Part shown: positions 12,421 to 26,331 of the stretch, one piece after another
How positions within the stretch are numbered: the first letter of the stretch is position 1
Layout: each line of letters opens with the position of its first letter
From: Octopus vulgaris
Taxonomy: Eukaryota
DNA length: 64,000 nt
Assembly (NCBI GenBank): GCA_951406725.2
Contig: OX597819.1
Coordinates: 46,190,001-46,254,000 of the forward strand
Direction: 5' to 3'
Made by a program: the position numbers and the translations under genes
Notes under the pieces: model-generated
The model's database searches: none
What the model was told of the DNA's origin: nothing
The model's input: only the letters and a program-made list of their open reading frames with translations

Positions 12421-12862
12421 CATCTTGTCTTGGCTACACGCTGGTGGGAAGGGGTTGGTGACACAAACTTTCATTCACACTTTGAATTTGGTGATACTGG
12501 TAACGGCTTTAGCTCGCTCTGATACTGAGTTGAGATGATACCTTCTAGTATCTCGAAATTTAATATACAATTATTCATAATTGTAGTGTCCTACGCTGAT
12601 GAGAAAAGAAGTTGGGTAAGATATAATTATCTAATTCTTATGCTTTCCTAAAACTTAATTTCGAAACGTACGTCCGTAGGTGACTTAAAATTGTATGATA
12701 GATTGCCGTCATTTCATTCTCTCTTACCTGTCTGTGTTTGCCTTTCAAGTGCTGTGTTTTTACTGAGATCTCCCTTTTAGTAGAAAGAATAGCTATAACT
12801 CTTTGACTGCTATTTCTAAATTCGGTGTGTGGTGAGGCAATTCGTTGCTAAACCCTTAATTG

Positions 12863-12865
<3 letters not shown>
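12418..12865 (+). mobile_element. ~450-nt non-coding HHR-bearing element between two (TA)n tracts
   Basis: Unique sequence bounded by (TA)n at 12328-12417 and 12865-12921, containing a canonical HHR and the tail motif tttgactgctatttct. Confidence 0.7.
12590..12680 (+). ncRNA. Canonical type I hammerhead ribozyme with long stem II
   Basis: CCTACG-CTGATGA-GAAA..(long)..TTTC-GAAA-C GTAC G-TC-CGTAGG; GUC cleavage at C12674, palindromic GUAC loop III. Confidence 0.88.
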
Positions 12866-12950
<85 letters not shown>

Positions 12951-12999
12951 TGTATGTATGTATGTATATATGCATGTATGTATACGTTATATCTTTGAT

Positions 13000-13320
13000 C
13001 TTTCACCATTTCAGCCATTTCACTGCTGGACTCCAACTCGAAGAAATCGACTCCGGTACTTAGAGATTTTTCTGCATTTTTAAAGTCCGGTATTGATTCT
13101 GCTTTTTCGCTAAACCGTTAAGTTCCGGTGGGGTAAACAAATCAATTCAGGTAGTCAGGCGGTGGCGAGAAACAAACACAAATACAACACATATTTTCCA
13201 TTTACCAAATTAACTCAGTGGGTATTGGTCAACCAAGTATTATAGAAGAAGACTCTTGCTCATGGTGCTATTCGTTGGGATTGAACCCACAACCATGTGG
13301 TTACAAAGCGAGCTTTTTAA
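13000..13320 (-). mobile_element. Degenerate tRNA/CORE-like SINE
   Basis: Diverged reverse-complement match to the 45002 family (gggattgaacccacaaccatgtggtt...). Confidence 0.6.
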
Positions 13321-13415
13321 CGATACAATATACATGCATGACTAAAAAAGAATTCATCGTACTTCGAAAACTCCTGCGTCGTTCATTTTCAGTGATTAAT
13401 CATGTTTACATAAAC

Positions 13416-14180
13416 CAGGAGTTCTCAAACGAGGTTCATATGGACCCTGCCGGTTCATATAAGTTTTTTTTGTGGGGGAGGTTCTATGGATACAATACAG
13501 TAAATTGGGGTCCATGGTAATTTTTCAGGGGCTATGAAAAAATTCTGCTTTTGGCCAGTAAAGTTTATATGCAATAAATTCGCAATACGTCCACATTAAA
13601 CAAAATATTTTAATATCTTTATACAAGTCGTAATACTATTCAGTTATAAAAGACTAGCTATTTTGACCTGTGCTTCGCTCGGGTTTTGGTGGTGGTGTTG
13701 TTATGTTATCTTCTTTTGTTCGTCTTATTTGCCTGGTTCTTTTTATTGCCTTCTTCTTAACCCCCCTTTCCAAAATCCCCCAAATTTTTACACCCACAAT
13801 TAAAGATAACCGCCTCTAGCCCCTGCAGCAACACGAAAAGCCACCATTATTCATTATCCCATAAAACTCAATTTTTTCCATATTCCTCACCATGGCAACC
13901 AAACGGTAGCCCCGAGCAACTTGCAACCCTCCTCACACCATTGCCCACACCATTTTACCCTCAGTGTAAATTTTGGCGCCAATCCGACTCCATCTACCGC
14001 CCCTTAAACCGTTCCCATCACAAAATGAGACAAATAACCAAGAAATCAAACAACTTCTTCGCATTTCAGCTTTATAGATATTGATTATTGGATTTTTTAA
14101 ACATCGGATGGCTATGGGTTCCACCCAAGTAAAATAGAAATCAAAGGGGTCCAGAGGTAAAAAATGGTTGAGTACCCCTG
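13416..14180. mobile_element. hAT-like MITE interrupted by a Helitron
   Basis: TIRs caggagttctcaa / ttgagtacccctg and subterminal ggaccc/ggggtcc motifs; no clear 8-bp TSD. Confidence 0.55.
13654..14084 (-). mobile_element. Non-autonomous Helitron-like element
   Basis: Reverse complement starts TC-aatatctataaagctg and ends with hairpin acccgagcgaagcacaggt then CTAG. Confidence 0.6.
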
Positions 14181-14481
14181 TTTGGTAATAGACTTTTAGT
14201 TTATACCATAACTGAGTTTATCATCAAACACCTTGCGCATCTACCTACAGCTGTATAGCTTGTAGTATGTATTTAAGCATCCAGATTTACTATATTCCAC
14301 ACTTGTTCACTCTGATGGTAGTCTTTTTTCCTGCCTTTCTAAGTTCATTATTATTTCGTAGTGATATACAAAATGCCCGCTTCGTTCCTTTGTCAATTCC
14401 CAATAGAATTTTGTATGAAACACCCATGATGTGAAAAATTAGTTTCCAATATGTAACCAAAATGGTAACCGTTTTTCGTTC

Positions 14482-14535
14482 AGCAGCTGCTGATCACGTG
14501 AATAGTCATCGAAATATGTAGACATCTCACTGCTT
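14482..14535 (+). ncRNA. Degenerate hammerhead motif
   Basis: AGCAGCTG-CTGATCA-CGTGA atag TCATC-GAAA-TATG taga CATC-TC-ACTGCT; the core has G8->C and the stems are imperfect. Confidence 0.45.
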
Positions 14536-14712
14536 AAGAAATTGTAACTATCCTATATATATTTCATGTGTTATAATTGTGGCTCAGTCTTCCCATTTGT
14601 TAAATTGACACATAAATTCATTGCACAAGCAAATACCTTGATCGTTGTGCATTTTCAGCAATTGAATATCACAGTTGGGTACTAAAATTCCCTTGCTTTG
14701 GTACATGGGCGT

Positions 14713-14792
<80 letters not shown>

Positions 14793-14851
14793 TGTACAAA
14801 TACATGCATATGAATATATACATTCATATATAAATATGTTTATACATGTTT

Positions 14852-14922
<71 letters not shown>

Positions 14923-15053
14923 ATATATACATTTCCCTATCAGTAATATCCACCTGGGACATAACGACAACCGTTGTAAGTGTTGGAAATTGTATATTAC
15001 ATTTCAAAATCTATTATCAAAACAAAACGCCTGAAAGAAAGAAAGAAACAAAA

Positions 15054-15090
<37 letters not shown>

Positions 15091-16125
15091 AAAGAAGAAA
15101 GAAAGAAAAAAGAAGGAAAGGAAGGAAGGAAGGATGTGAAAATCTTTAGTGATCAATGATTAGTCAAGTGGCATCAATTCTTGGGACTTTGTCAACGCTA
15201 CCATTTTCTCTGGGGAAATTTCAAACAATTCTCCATCACCAACCACTTTGTTTCATTAGAGTTTCCTTACTATCTTTTCATAACAATATATTTATTAGTT
15301 GTTGATATTGTTGTTGTTGTTTTTGTTGACGTTGCTGTCGTTCTCGTCGTCGTCGTCGTTGTCATCGGTTTTTTTTTTTCTTCCTTATCTTTTTTTCTGC
15401 TCAACTTCACCTATCTCTGTTCCTTCACATATTCCTCCATCCTTTTCTCTTCTTTCTTCATTCCAGCTTTCTTGTTCTTCGCTTCCCTCAGTCGTTTTCT
15501 CTTTTGATATATTTTTGTTTAGTTTTGTTTGTTGTTTTGTGTTCAACATTAAAATTATTTCTAAAATAGATTTTTTTTTTTTTTATTATTACACTCATCA
15601 CCAACACGATGTCAGTAAGGAAGATCCTCTCCGTGGTCATTCGACCCGGTAGAAATAGCAGTCAAAAATCTCCCTCGGATCATATTCTACCTACTTTAAA
15701 ATGAAGAATACCTTGAAAAGTGAATATAATCAACAGGTGAGATCCAGAGATTCTTTGTATAGAAGACACTTAGCAGTGCTCGAATGATTCAAACTTCGAC
15801 TCCGATGTCTCTACAGGGGAACAATTCCACGGGGTAAAGAATGGCTATAAGAGGGGTGAAGTTGACCAGATATGGATTCAGCCATGCGGATGAAACATTA
15901 AATATATTAAATATAAAGATGAATATGTATTTCGGGTATACTGAATGTTACCAGTGAGTCATGGCTGGAAGTCCTTCGATCATAGGCCTATTCGATCAGA
16001 TGTTGAACTGATTTTAAATAACTTAATATACCGTATTAGCATAATCATCGTGAACAACATAACCATGAAGCTCATCAACACCCTTGCCACGATAATCTTC
16101 ATCATTAATATTAATTACATCATTA

Positions 16126-16307
16126 AGGAGGTGAGCTGACAGAAACGATAGTTCGCCGAGCGATCTGAGTTCAAATTCCACCGAGGTCGATTTTGCTTTT
16201 CATCCTTCCGGGGTCGATAAAATAAGTAGCAGTTGAGTACTTGGGTCGATATAATCGATTATACCCCGCCCCCAAGTTTCAGGCCTTGTGCCTATAGTAG
16301 AAAAGAT
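16126..16307 (+). mobile_element. Nin/Deu-like SINE
   Basis: aggaggtgagctgacagaaacg...ctgagttcaaattccaccgaggtcgattttgcttttcatccttccggggtcgataaaataagt. Confidence 0.75.
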
Positions 16308-16351
16308 TAATTAACATCATCATCATTGTCATAATAGTAGCTTCTTCATCA

Positions 16352-16738
16352 CTTGTTGGCATCCTTTTGCTTCAGGAGACAATGGAGTTGCGCATAAACT
16401 AATCCAGTCTGGTTTTTACATTTTATGTCCTCTCCAGTTTTGTGCAGGCCTGGGCTAGATGTAAGAAAATCCTGGGTAGCCCAATCGTCAGGATTCCTCT
16501 CTCGACCTTGCTGACGTAGTCCAAAGGAGAGCATAGCATTACGTTTGGCTCCAGCTTGGCTGCAGGAGCTGCCGGAAGAGTGTCAAGTCGAACACTAAAC
16601 CGCCTACGGGCCTCCACTCCGGATTTCTTTGAAAGTTGTTTCCTTTCTGTAACCCTGGATAGGAGCACATACCGGTTACTGTCAGCCGGAGCCAACTGAA
16701 CCCGGGACTTGTGTCAGGCAGGGTCGTCACTCCCTGAA
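16352..16738 (-). mobile_element. Short bipartite RTE-LINE derivative (5'UTR-like GC-rich segment fused to an RTE-type 3' tail)
   Basis: Reverse complement ends ...gcgcaactccattgtctcctgaagcaaaaggatgccaacaa, resembling RTE 3' termini. The GC-rich structured 5' part has no ORF of note. Family call is from recall, not a search. Confidence 0.55.
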
Positions 16739-17519
16739 GTAGTGAAGAAATCGCTACCCACTACCATGATTATCATCACTTACTAGCACACAATCAAAAT
16801 AACCGCCATTTCAGCTCTTTCTTTCTCGCGTTGAGCGAAACGTTTAAACTTCACTAGTTACACCAGATGATCTGAAATAACGGTTATAAGAACTCTCCTA
16901 TGAAGGAGGAATTTACCAACACAACCAAGACTTCTTGAAACTGACAAGTGCTCGATAATTTTGGCTATAGTATTAATTGTAATAAATGTACTTCATGAAA
17001 TTTTGGTGAGATGCTATAATGACCAGAAAAAAACACACGACTCGTGAGGAGCGGGGAAAATCAATATTAATTAGTTCGACCAAAAATACCATAAACCCCA
17101 CCACCACTATTAAATCTACAGATCGATAATTTGTTGACCAATGATATTTATAGTACTATACACTGTAGTCTTAAACGGTTTTTTTTATTCCCCCGAAGAA
17201 AATAGTTTATCGGTGGATTAGAAAGAAAGAAAGAAAGTGCCGCATATGTAACTGTTATATGGTCTGATTATAAATAGCCATTCAAATCTTTCAAAGGGTG
17301 CCAGAAACCAAATATTTGCGTGCCAAATGCTGTCGAAGCGTTTGCTAATATCTTAAACAGCAACAGAGCTTTCGCAGAACAGCCCTAACGCGAGAGCTCA
17401 CTGGTAAGCTACATAAAAGAATCGGTCTCTACTGATTATGACTGCTCTGCAAAATAGTATGAGTTTTGTAACAATTTTCCTATCCTGACATTAACTAGAT
17501 TATGTAATTTTAAAATGAA

Positions 17520-17900
17520 AACTGAATGCCAGCTGGGAAATAAATGCTGCAAATAAATGTAAAGTTACAACTCATCTACGTAATTTCACTTGCATAGGTT
17601 CCATTCTTCCATTTTTAAATCAAGAATATATCATCATCCTCATACGTTCAGTATACGAGATAAAGCGGAAGCAACATTTATCTCCGCGAAGGTCTGGGAG
17701 TTAAAGGACATCAATATCGATTTTCAGCTAACGTGGAACAATGCAAGGCACGCTAAGTTTATGTTAATGATGAATATGGTTCCAATCTCTACTCTTTGAA
17801 ATTGTTGGAAAACTTAAGATCCACGAGTTATTGATAAATTCGGAAGAGTTAAGGATTAAATGTCCGTCTTGTATTCGTACAAATTTCTAATACTTTACAA
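17520..17900 (+). pseudogene. Degenerate PLE GIY-YIG C-terminal fragment
   Basis: Frameshifted pieces ECQLGNKC..KCKVT..IG..SSIFKSRIYHHPHTFS..ATFISAKVWELKDINIDFQLTW match the PLE endonuclease pattern (FKxRxxxHxxxF..TxLSxxIWxLK..W). Confidence 0.7.
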
Positions 17901-19438
17901 TTACGATAGCGATATATACGAGTGCTAGATAAGTATCTATAATTTAGAATATAGAACTTAATTACTTGAAATAAAATTCAAGGACTATATTTAGGCAGCT
18001 AGGCGTATGTTAATGCTATTAATACTAATAATTGATCATATTCAAGCTACTTTCGCTCATCCTTAGTTCTTACATAGCTGCCAATGATTGTCATTTTATA
18101 TAATTTTTATATATTTTATATAATTCATAATTTCATAACTTTATTCAGTTTGCTTTTAACCTTATGTGATATATTTATATTTGCCTCAACCTCTCTAGTT
18201 ATAGACTTTACAATTCTTTATGATTAATTATAATCCAATAAATTCTTTAAGGTATATGACCTTTATAATTTTTTTTATATTCTCTTTGCTTTTTCTTAAT
18301 ATACATCATATTCTTAAATATGATATTATATTTCTTAATAATTAAACAGTGATCTGATCTATCAACTTAACCTAAATCATTTTAATTGTTTTAGTTGACA
18401 AAAGCGTTGTGATTCAAGGTTTTTCGGTTTGAGTTTGAATATCGGTTGTGCTCTTCCTTTTCTATTAATTGTAGCCTTCCAATTTGTACCTACATAACAG
18501 CTATAAAACTGATCTCTCTAATCCCTCTAAATTTTGATACTCAACTAGTATAAATTCATAGGTTTTATGTTGACACTGATTATTGCCTAACTACCTTTCA
18601 TTAGACTAGTATACACATTTATTTATTTGTTTGTGACAACGCCGGATTCTCATCAAATGATGTCTCCTTTCTCTATTAGATTTATCATATACTGTTTCTA
18701 TTTAAGTATTAATTATGGCAATTTCTATATATTAATTATTTTCTTTTCCTTTTTGCTTCCTCCTTCATTATTCCGTTATTCCCTCGTCTCCTCTGAAATT
18801 AACCGGAATACTTTAATCAATAGGAGTTAAGTAAACGAATTAATGCGGGAATTTACAATCTATATCATTACTTTGATGTACTAAACACCATAACACAAAA
18901 AATTACTTTCTTAGAACTACGTCGGTTTTGATAGAGTCAAATGCCATGCTTGGAAACTGATATCTACTGTATATAAGACTGATTTGTTAGTACCAGTTTT
19001 GTTGGTGATGACGCTAACATTTAATGACATCTTAAATATGCCTTCTAATTATTCTATAATTTACGACATCAGTTTGCTATACGGCTTCATGGTTGACTGA
19101 TTGTAGCACCAACCACTTCATATTTCTTAAATGTTGGTAACTCTAATTCAAAATATTATTTGTTGATGAACAGTACTTATCAGCATTCACTGGTCACTTG
19201 TATACTGAGTAAGCCTGATGAGTTGAGAGTTGCATAACATATTACATAATCTTTTCGAATTTGTGTATAATACAACCGTGACTGTATTATGTTAACGTCA
19301 CAATAAAGATTTTTAATGAAGCAATTGTAGAAATATCAGATAACAAATTCGTCTTTTTTCATTTCATATATCTTTGGGTGCTTGTTTCTGTGTGAATGTG
19401 TATACATACATATATACATACTTATACACACATTATGT

Positions 19439-19757
19439 GAGGGCGCGTGACTTAGTGGTTAGGGCATTCGGCTCATGATCGTAAGGTTGTGAGTTCGATT
19501 CCCGGCGACGCGTTGTGTCCTTGAGCAAGACACTTTATTTCACGTTGCTCCAGTCCACTCAGCTGGCAAAAATGAGTTGTACTTGTATTTCAAAGGGTCA
19601 GCCTTGTCACTCTCTGTGTCACGCTAATTATCCCCGAGAACTACGTTAAGGGTACACGTGTCTGTGGAATGCTCAGCCATTTGCACGTTAATTTCACGAG
19701 CAAGCTGTTCCGTTGATCGTATCAGCTGGGACCCTCGTCGTCGTAACCGGCGGAGTC
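19439..19757 (+). mobile_element. tRNA-derived SINE (CORE/Meta-like domain), family 3
   Basis: A-box TGACTTAGTGG, B-box GAGTTCGATTCC, then tgtgtccttgagcaagacactttatttcacgttgctccagtccactcagctg; a copy is at 59988. Confidence 0.85.
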
Positions 19758-19799
19758 TTTAAACACACATTATATATATGTACGTATGTATGTTACAGC

Positions 19800-20140
19800 T
19801 ATGAACACAGATATCCTGCACCGCGTCCAAGAAAAATCCATTCGACTAGCATTGCATAACTCTCAAGAATCTATTCCACTGGTATCCAACTCCTTTTTTT
19901 GTTACTATTATAGACCTTCAACCTCAGACTTGGTTCGTCTTCTACCTATTTTATTTAAACATTCTCAGCCATTTGGGTTCTCTGTGTCTCTTCACCCTTG
20001 TGTCTAAACACCACACCGAGCACGACACCCAAGCCTTGTCATTCCTCAAAAGAGCATATCCCTCTGTAATCTCCTCCCTGGTTATGTATTTTCTGCAGTT
20101 TTGATTGCAATATATTTTACATGCAACATTACCGAGAAAA
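19800..20140 (+). pseudogene. Degenerate LINE (Jockey/CR1-group) ORF2 C-terminal fragment
   Basis: TDILHRVQEKSIRL...SFFCYYYRPSTSDLVRLLP resembles the LDRVQKRAIR..FYRY..CSSEL pattern. Confidence 0.5.
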
Positions 20141-20442
20141 ATTTAATTCGACTCGGAGAATTTTCGAGACGAATCATAGACACTGCCCTTTCCTTCGGAT
20201 TTCAGAAATGAAACACATTCAGGTGGGTGGTAAGAGTACAAAAAGATATATCTTCAATGGAACTTAAGTTTCGACTGAGCGGTAAGACACAGAGATTGCA
20301 TAAACGGTTTGATGAAAGTTATGCGTTTACATATAAGCATGTATGCTTATATATGCACACACATACACACACAAATATATATCTATTCACACATTCACAC
20401 ACGTGTATGTATTTACACACATAAACAGATACACACATATAC

Positions 20443-20525
<83 letters not shown>

Positions 20526-20634
20526 TATATACATATATATATAAATATATATACATATATATATATATATACATATATATAAATATATACATATATATAT
20601 ATATACACATACACACACACAAACACACACACAA

Positions 20635-20665
<31 letters not shown>

Positions 20666-21281
20666 AACACACTCACACACATACATATATATATATATGT
20701 ATATATATATGAATCCATATGTGTATATATGTGTGTGTGTATAGTAATGTACATGTTTTCCAATTAGATATTGTATCCATTTATTCATGTACCTAATAAG
20801 CACACATACGTACCTGTATACTGTCTCTCCCAATACATATGCGTGTCTTTGTGTGTATACTTTTGTGTACGTATATCTATATGTATCTACATAGAGAGGT
20901 GTGCATGTATGGTAAGTCTCTCTCTCTCTCTCTATATATATATATGAATATGCACAAACAGTTCTGCACATCTATCAACGTATATGTTATCTCCCTTTCA
21001 CGCATTATCTCCTTATCTATATCGCTATCTTACAATACTATAATTTCTTTTTGGTCATGTGTATGTATACCTGTATGTTTCTGAGATTCTGCGTGCGTGT
21101 TAATTTTCTTTTTTTATATATTACCAAACATTACTTTTATTTTTTATTCAAATCACTATACACCTACACAATCTAGGGAATTTTTTTTTTTGTTTTTTTT
21201 GTTCGTTACTTCTACTGAAATCCTGCTCAGTCAGTGTCATCAAAACTTACGTACAAATTACCAACATACATATATTCATAC

Positions 21282-21332
<51 letters not shown>

Positions 21333-22192
21333 CTATATATATATATATATATGTATATATGCATATATAAATGTGTGTGTTTATGTATGTATGCATGTAT
21401 GTATGTATGTATCTATGTACGAGTTTATTACATATATAGGTGTGTATTTGCGGTTTCATTGTTTCCTTTCACATATGATTGCTGTTTATAAGAAATTCTT
21501 TCTCAAAGAATATCTATTTATTTACTTGTCAATATATACATGTGTGCGTGTGTCTGTGTGTGAGCATATGCGTGTATGTGTGTATATATATATATATACG
21601 TATGAGTGTGTTTCATATTTTGAGGGGTGTTATTTTTTCGTATTCACCAAAACCTATCATAGGTTGTTTTCACATATCAATATTTTTTCTATACGTTTTA
21701 CCTGTTTATTATTATTATTATTATTATTATTATAGATTTCGGCTTGAGTATGTTTCTGCTTCCTTGTTGTTCTTCAAAGTTGTTCGTTTTGTTTTTTTTG
21801 CTTTTTTTTTTGCATTTTTTGCAATTTTTTGCAATCTTATTTTTTTATCCTCTCTCACCCAATCTTGCAACTTTTTTGCAGAACGACCATTCATTTTCTC
21901 GTATATTATCTACCGATGTATGGCAGTAATAACTGTTTTTACAAACAGACACACACACACACACTCACACAAACGCACACAAACAAACACACACACAAAC
22001 ACATACACACACACACATATACAAATGTCTCTAAACAAGGTGAGTTAGTTTTCTGTGTATACAATTATATGGAAGCGGATGTGAATATTATGCGAGAATA
22101 CTTCACTGTGTTTCTATAAATATATATGTGCGTATATGCGTGTGCTAGTGAGTATATATACATTCATACAGTAAATACACACACCCACACAC

Positions 22193-22282
<90 letters not shown>

Positions 22283-22338
22283 TATATATATATATGCATA
22301 TATATATATATATGCATATAAAAATTTACACACACACA

Positions 22339-22431
<93 letters not shown>

Positions 22432-22729
22432 TATAAACATATATATAAAGTATGGATAAACCATATATAAATACGTATGTACATGCATTCATAGAAAGAT
22501 ACCGATATATTTACACATGTAGGGATGTATATATATATGTGAGTGTGTGTGTGTGTTTGTATACCTACGCTATAAAACACTGTCCTTCAAGTATGTGTCA
22601 GTCTTTGTTGTTTCTGCCGTGATGCCGTGCATGTGTTTGTTCTACGTATATACGCGCGCATCTGACCGTGTGACAATATTTAACGGGTTAATCTTATATA
22701 GATTGATATGTATTTGTATCTATATAGCT

Positions 22730-22780
<51 letters not shown>

Positions 22781-23098
22781 CTTTCAGTTTTGAATATCTG
22801 GATATTCAGTTTATATACAAAAGAAAATAAGGAAATGAATTTGCACATATTTACACGTGTTTTTTTGCTGTTTTTTTTTTGCTATTTGGATGTGAGTTTG
22901 TACATTCCGCACCGCACAAGCATTCAACAAATCAGTTCCAACCATATGCCCATATATGCTGCCCGTGTATGTGTTCGTGTGTGTTTGCGTCTGTGTGTGT
23001 ATGCGTGTATGTGTTTGTATGCGTGTGTGTGTTTTGCGAGCTTGTATCAGTATAGTTTCCCCTAAAGTCGGGATGCGTGGCGTTCAGTTACTCAATAA

Positions 23099-23720
23099 CT
23101 GAAAAATGCCTTAAATACTACAAAGCGAACACGTAAGAGAAACACAGAAATACCCTAATTATTCATCAGTTATCGACCGAAAAACACTAATACTTTGTTT
23201 CGTGCCTTTAACTATAAGACTGAGAACTTCGTATATCGGCGGCGCCCGCAAGATTTGCGTAGAATTAGGGCTCGAGCAAACAAGACAATGTAGGCTGGAC
23301 TTACGAACGTAAACAAATGTATTTTTAAATGATAAACGAAGACAATAAATAGAACCTCTCGGCCAAACACGAGAATGACGGGTAACGCCTGGAAGAAACC
23401 CTAAAATGGATATAACAATGAGAATTAGTAAGAAAGGAGAAAAAGTTGACCGGTGGCGAAAAGGCAGAGACGGGAAAATTAGTCACGGGTCACGTGTGGG
23501 CAGTAGATAGAAGGGAAGGAGGATGAGAGAGAGAGCGACAGAGAGAGAGAGAGAGAACAGAAGAATGAAGGGAGAAAGTCTACAATTAAGTGTGAGAAGA
23601 CGAGATAGGGAGAGAGGAATTAGTAGAAATATATTCCTTTTATAGCATCCCAACTTCCTCTTTCTCTCTCTCTCGTCTTCTCACACATAATTGTAGATTT
23701 TATCCCTTTCTTTCCCTGTG

Positions 23721-23769
<49 letters not shown>

Positions 23770-24137
23770 ACTTTCTTTCATCTTCCTTCCCTTCTATCTG
23801 CTGCCCACACGTGACCCGTGACTAATTTTTCCCATCTCTGCCTTTTCGCTAACGGACACCTAGCGTGTTTTCTCTTTTGAGAAATTTCTTTTGAGGGTTT
23901 CTTCCAGGCGTTGTCCATCACTCCCGTTTTTGACCGAAAGTTTTCATCTATTGTCTTCGTCTATCGTTTCAAATTACTTCTGTTTACTTTCGAACCCTAA
24001 TTCTACGCAAATCTTGCGGGTGCCGCCGATATGCGAAGCTCTCAGTCTTATCGTTAAAGGCACGAAACTGAATAAATAATTACGGTGCTCTGTGTCCGTC
24101 CACGTGTACGTTTTGTAGAATTTAAGGCATATTTCAT
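23099..24137. mobile_element. Fold-back element with ~450-500-bp imperfect inverted arms
   Basis: tgaaaaatgccttaaatactacaaa...gtgcctttaactataagactgagaacttcgtatatcggcggcgcccgcaagatttgcgtagaattagggctcga is mirrored at 23990-24137; gtcacgggtcacgtgtgggcag is mirrored at 23800. Confidence 0.8.
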
Positions 24138-24174
24138 TTATACATACATGTGTGTATGTGTGTGTGTGTGTATG

Positions 24175-24356
24175 CTTTTTTTTCTCTCCTTGTTTCTTTC
24201 TGTGTTTCTTTTCTGTGTATCTTTCTGTTGAAGAGCGTAGGCTCGAAACGTAAAAGACTTGTTTTATTTATATTCCTGAGCGCCATACAAATACAATTGT
24301 TTGTTTATATTCCACCTGCCTTCGTCTTTTGTTTATTTTCATAAAGCTTCCCGTTA
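24175..24356 (+). mobile_element. Solo PLE 3' terminal segment with minimal HHR (24220-24257)
   Basis: Close match to 12147-12327; TCTTT-CTGTTGA-A-GAGC gtag GCTC-GAAA-CG-TA-AAAGA; ends in (TA)n. Confidence 0.85.
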
Positions 24357-24713
24357 TATATATATATATATATATATACATACATACATACAAGCTGAGC
24401 AAAAGGTGTACGTACGCTGCTATATGTATATATAAATTTTTAAAAAACTGAATAAGAACGTAATGGACAACAATAAAAAAAATACGGACAGATAGACGAT
24501 AGAAAGACGGACAGGAAAAAACCAGGGCGGAACATTCGCGACTTTCTGTCATCAGTCAAGCTTCCAATGAACATTACAGTTTCGACCTGTTACACTTCAA
24601 AATTGGTAGGCCCCAAAAATCTAAACTAAGGGCAAAAAATTTTTGGAAGAATTCAAGCGTATATGTGCGACAACACAGACTTGGCTGCAGTCTGAAACAA
24701 GTAAAAGAATAAA

Positions 24714-24752
<39 letters not shown>

Positions 24753-24754
24753 CA

Positions 24755-24856
<102 letters not shown>

Positions 24857-26296
24857 CGGTGCTACTATTGTGTACGTCCTCAACTACCGGTTCGGCATAG
24901 AGATCGATAAAATAAATACTAGGCTTTAGAAAAGACAGTTCTGGGGTCGATACGTTCGACTAAAATCTCTTCAAGGCAGTGCTGAAGCATGGCCAAAGTC
25001 TGATCACTGAAACAAGTAAAAAAAAAAATACATATAAATACACATGCATATATTTATGTATACGTAAATGCGTGGACGCGCGCGGGCGGGCTCAGGCGTG
25101 TGTGTGGATTTGTGTGATGTCATATCCGAACCGAGATTTGTACAGTATATATTTTTAACTATTTAACAAATAGCTATTACATTTTATCTTTTAATCTATC
25201 ACTCGTTCGCTTTTATCACTTCTCTTTCGCTCTCCTTTACTTTCTTTCCCATACACCTTTTCACCATTCGACGTCATTTCTCCTCATTTTATTTATCTTT
25301 CTCTATGCGCCGTAGTTGAGACCTTTAATAAAGCACATATATATATTGAGAAAAGATATATATATATATATATAAGAATATATATATATATATATATATG
25401 TATGAGGAGAGTGAGTTGTAGAATAATATATATATATATATATATATATTCTTTTATGCAGTGTTTCAGATAAGAAGTCTGTGTTGTCACATATACCGGT
25501 ACTTCTGCGTTGCCCTTGTAGTTTGAATTTTTGGGGCCTACCAATTTTGAAGTGTAACATCCGAAACTGTAATGTTCATTGGAAGCGACTGATAAGAAAG
25601 TCGCGAATGTTCCGTCCTGGTTTTTTCCTGTGTCTTTCTATCGTCTATCTGTGTATGTTTTTTATTGTTGTCCATTACGTTCTTATTCAGTTTTTTAAAA
25701 TTTATATATACATATAGCAGACGTACATTTTGTCACTTGTATGTATGTATATATATATATATATATATAACGGGAAGCTTTATGAAAATAAACAAAAGAC
25801 GACGTTGGTATAAACAAACAATTGTATTTGTGAGCTCAGGAATATAAATAAAACAAGTTTTTACTCCTACCTTTAACAGAAAGATCACAGAAAGAAACAC
25901 AAAAGAAACAAAGGAAACTTTACACACACACACACATACACACATGTATGTATAAATGAAATATGTTATTCTACAAAACGTACATGGACGGACAAGAGCA
26001 TAATTATTTATTCATTTTCGTGCCTTTAACGATAGGATACTGTAGAGCTTCGCATATCGGCAGCAGATTTGCGTGAATTAGGGTTCGAAAGTAAACAAGT
26101 AATTTGAAAGATAGACGAAGACAATGGGTAGCTTTCCGGTCAAGGGGGAAACAACGCCTGGAAGAAACCCTCAAAGATTTCTCAAAGAGAAAACACGCTA
26201 GGTGTCCGTTAGCGAAAAGGCAGAGATGGGAAAAATTTCACGGGTCACGTGTGAGCAGATAGAAGGAAGAAGGAGAAAGTGATGGAAAATGTGGAT

Positions 26297-26331
<35 letters not shown>

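Noticed and set aside
19215-19345. CTGATGA ... GAAA at the end of the degenerate PLE 3' region
   Set aside because: The position is plausible for an HHR, but no convincing stem I or NUH site could be paired.
23160-23206. Minus-strand GAAA-CAAAG-TA ... CTGATGA in type II order
   Set aside because: No complementary stem II strands were found, and stem I is weak.
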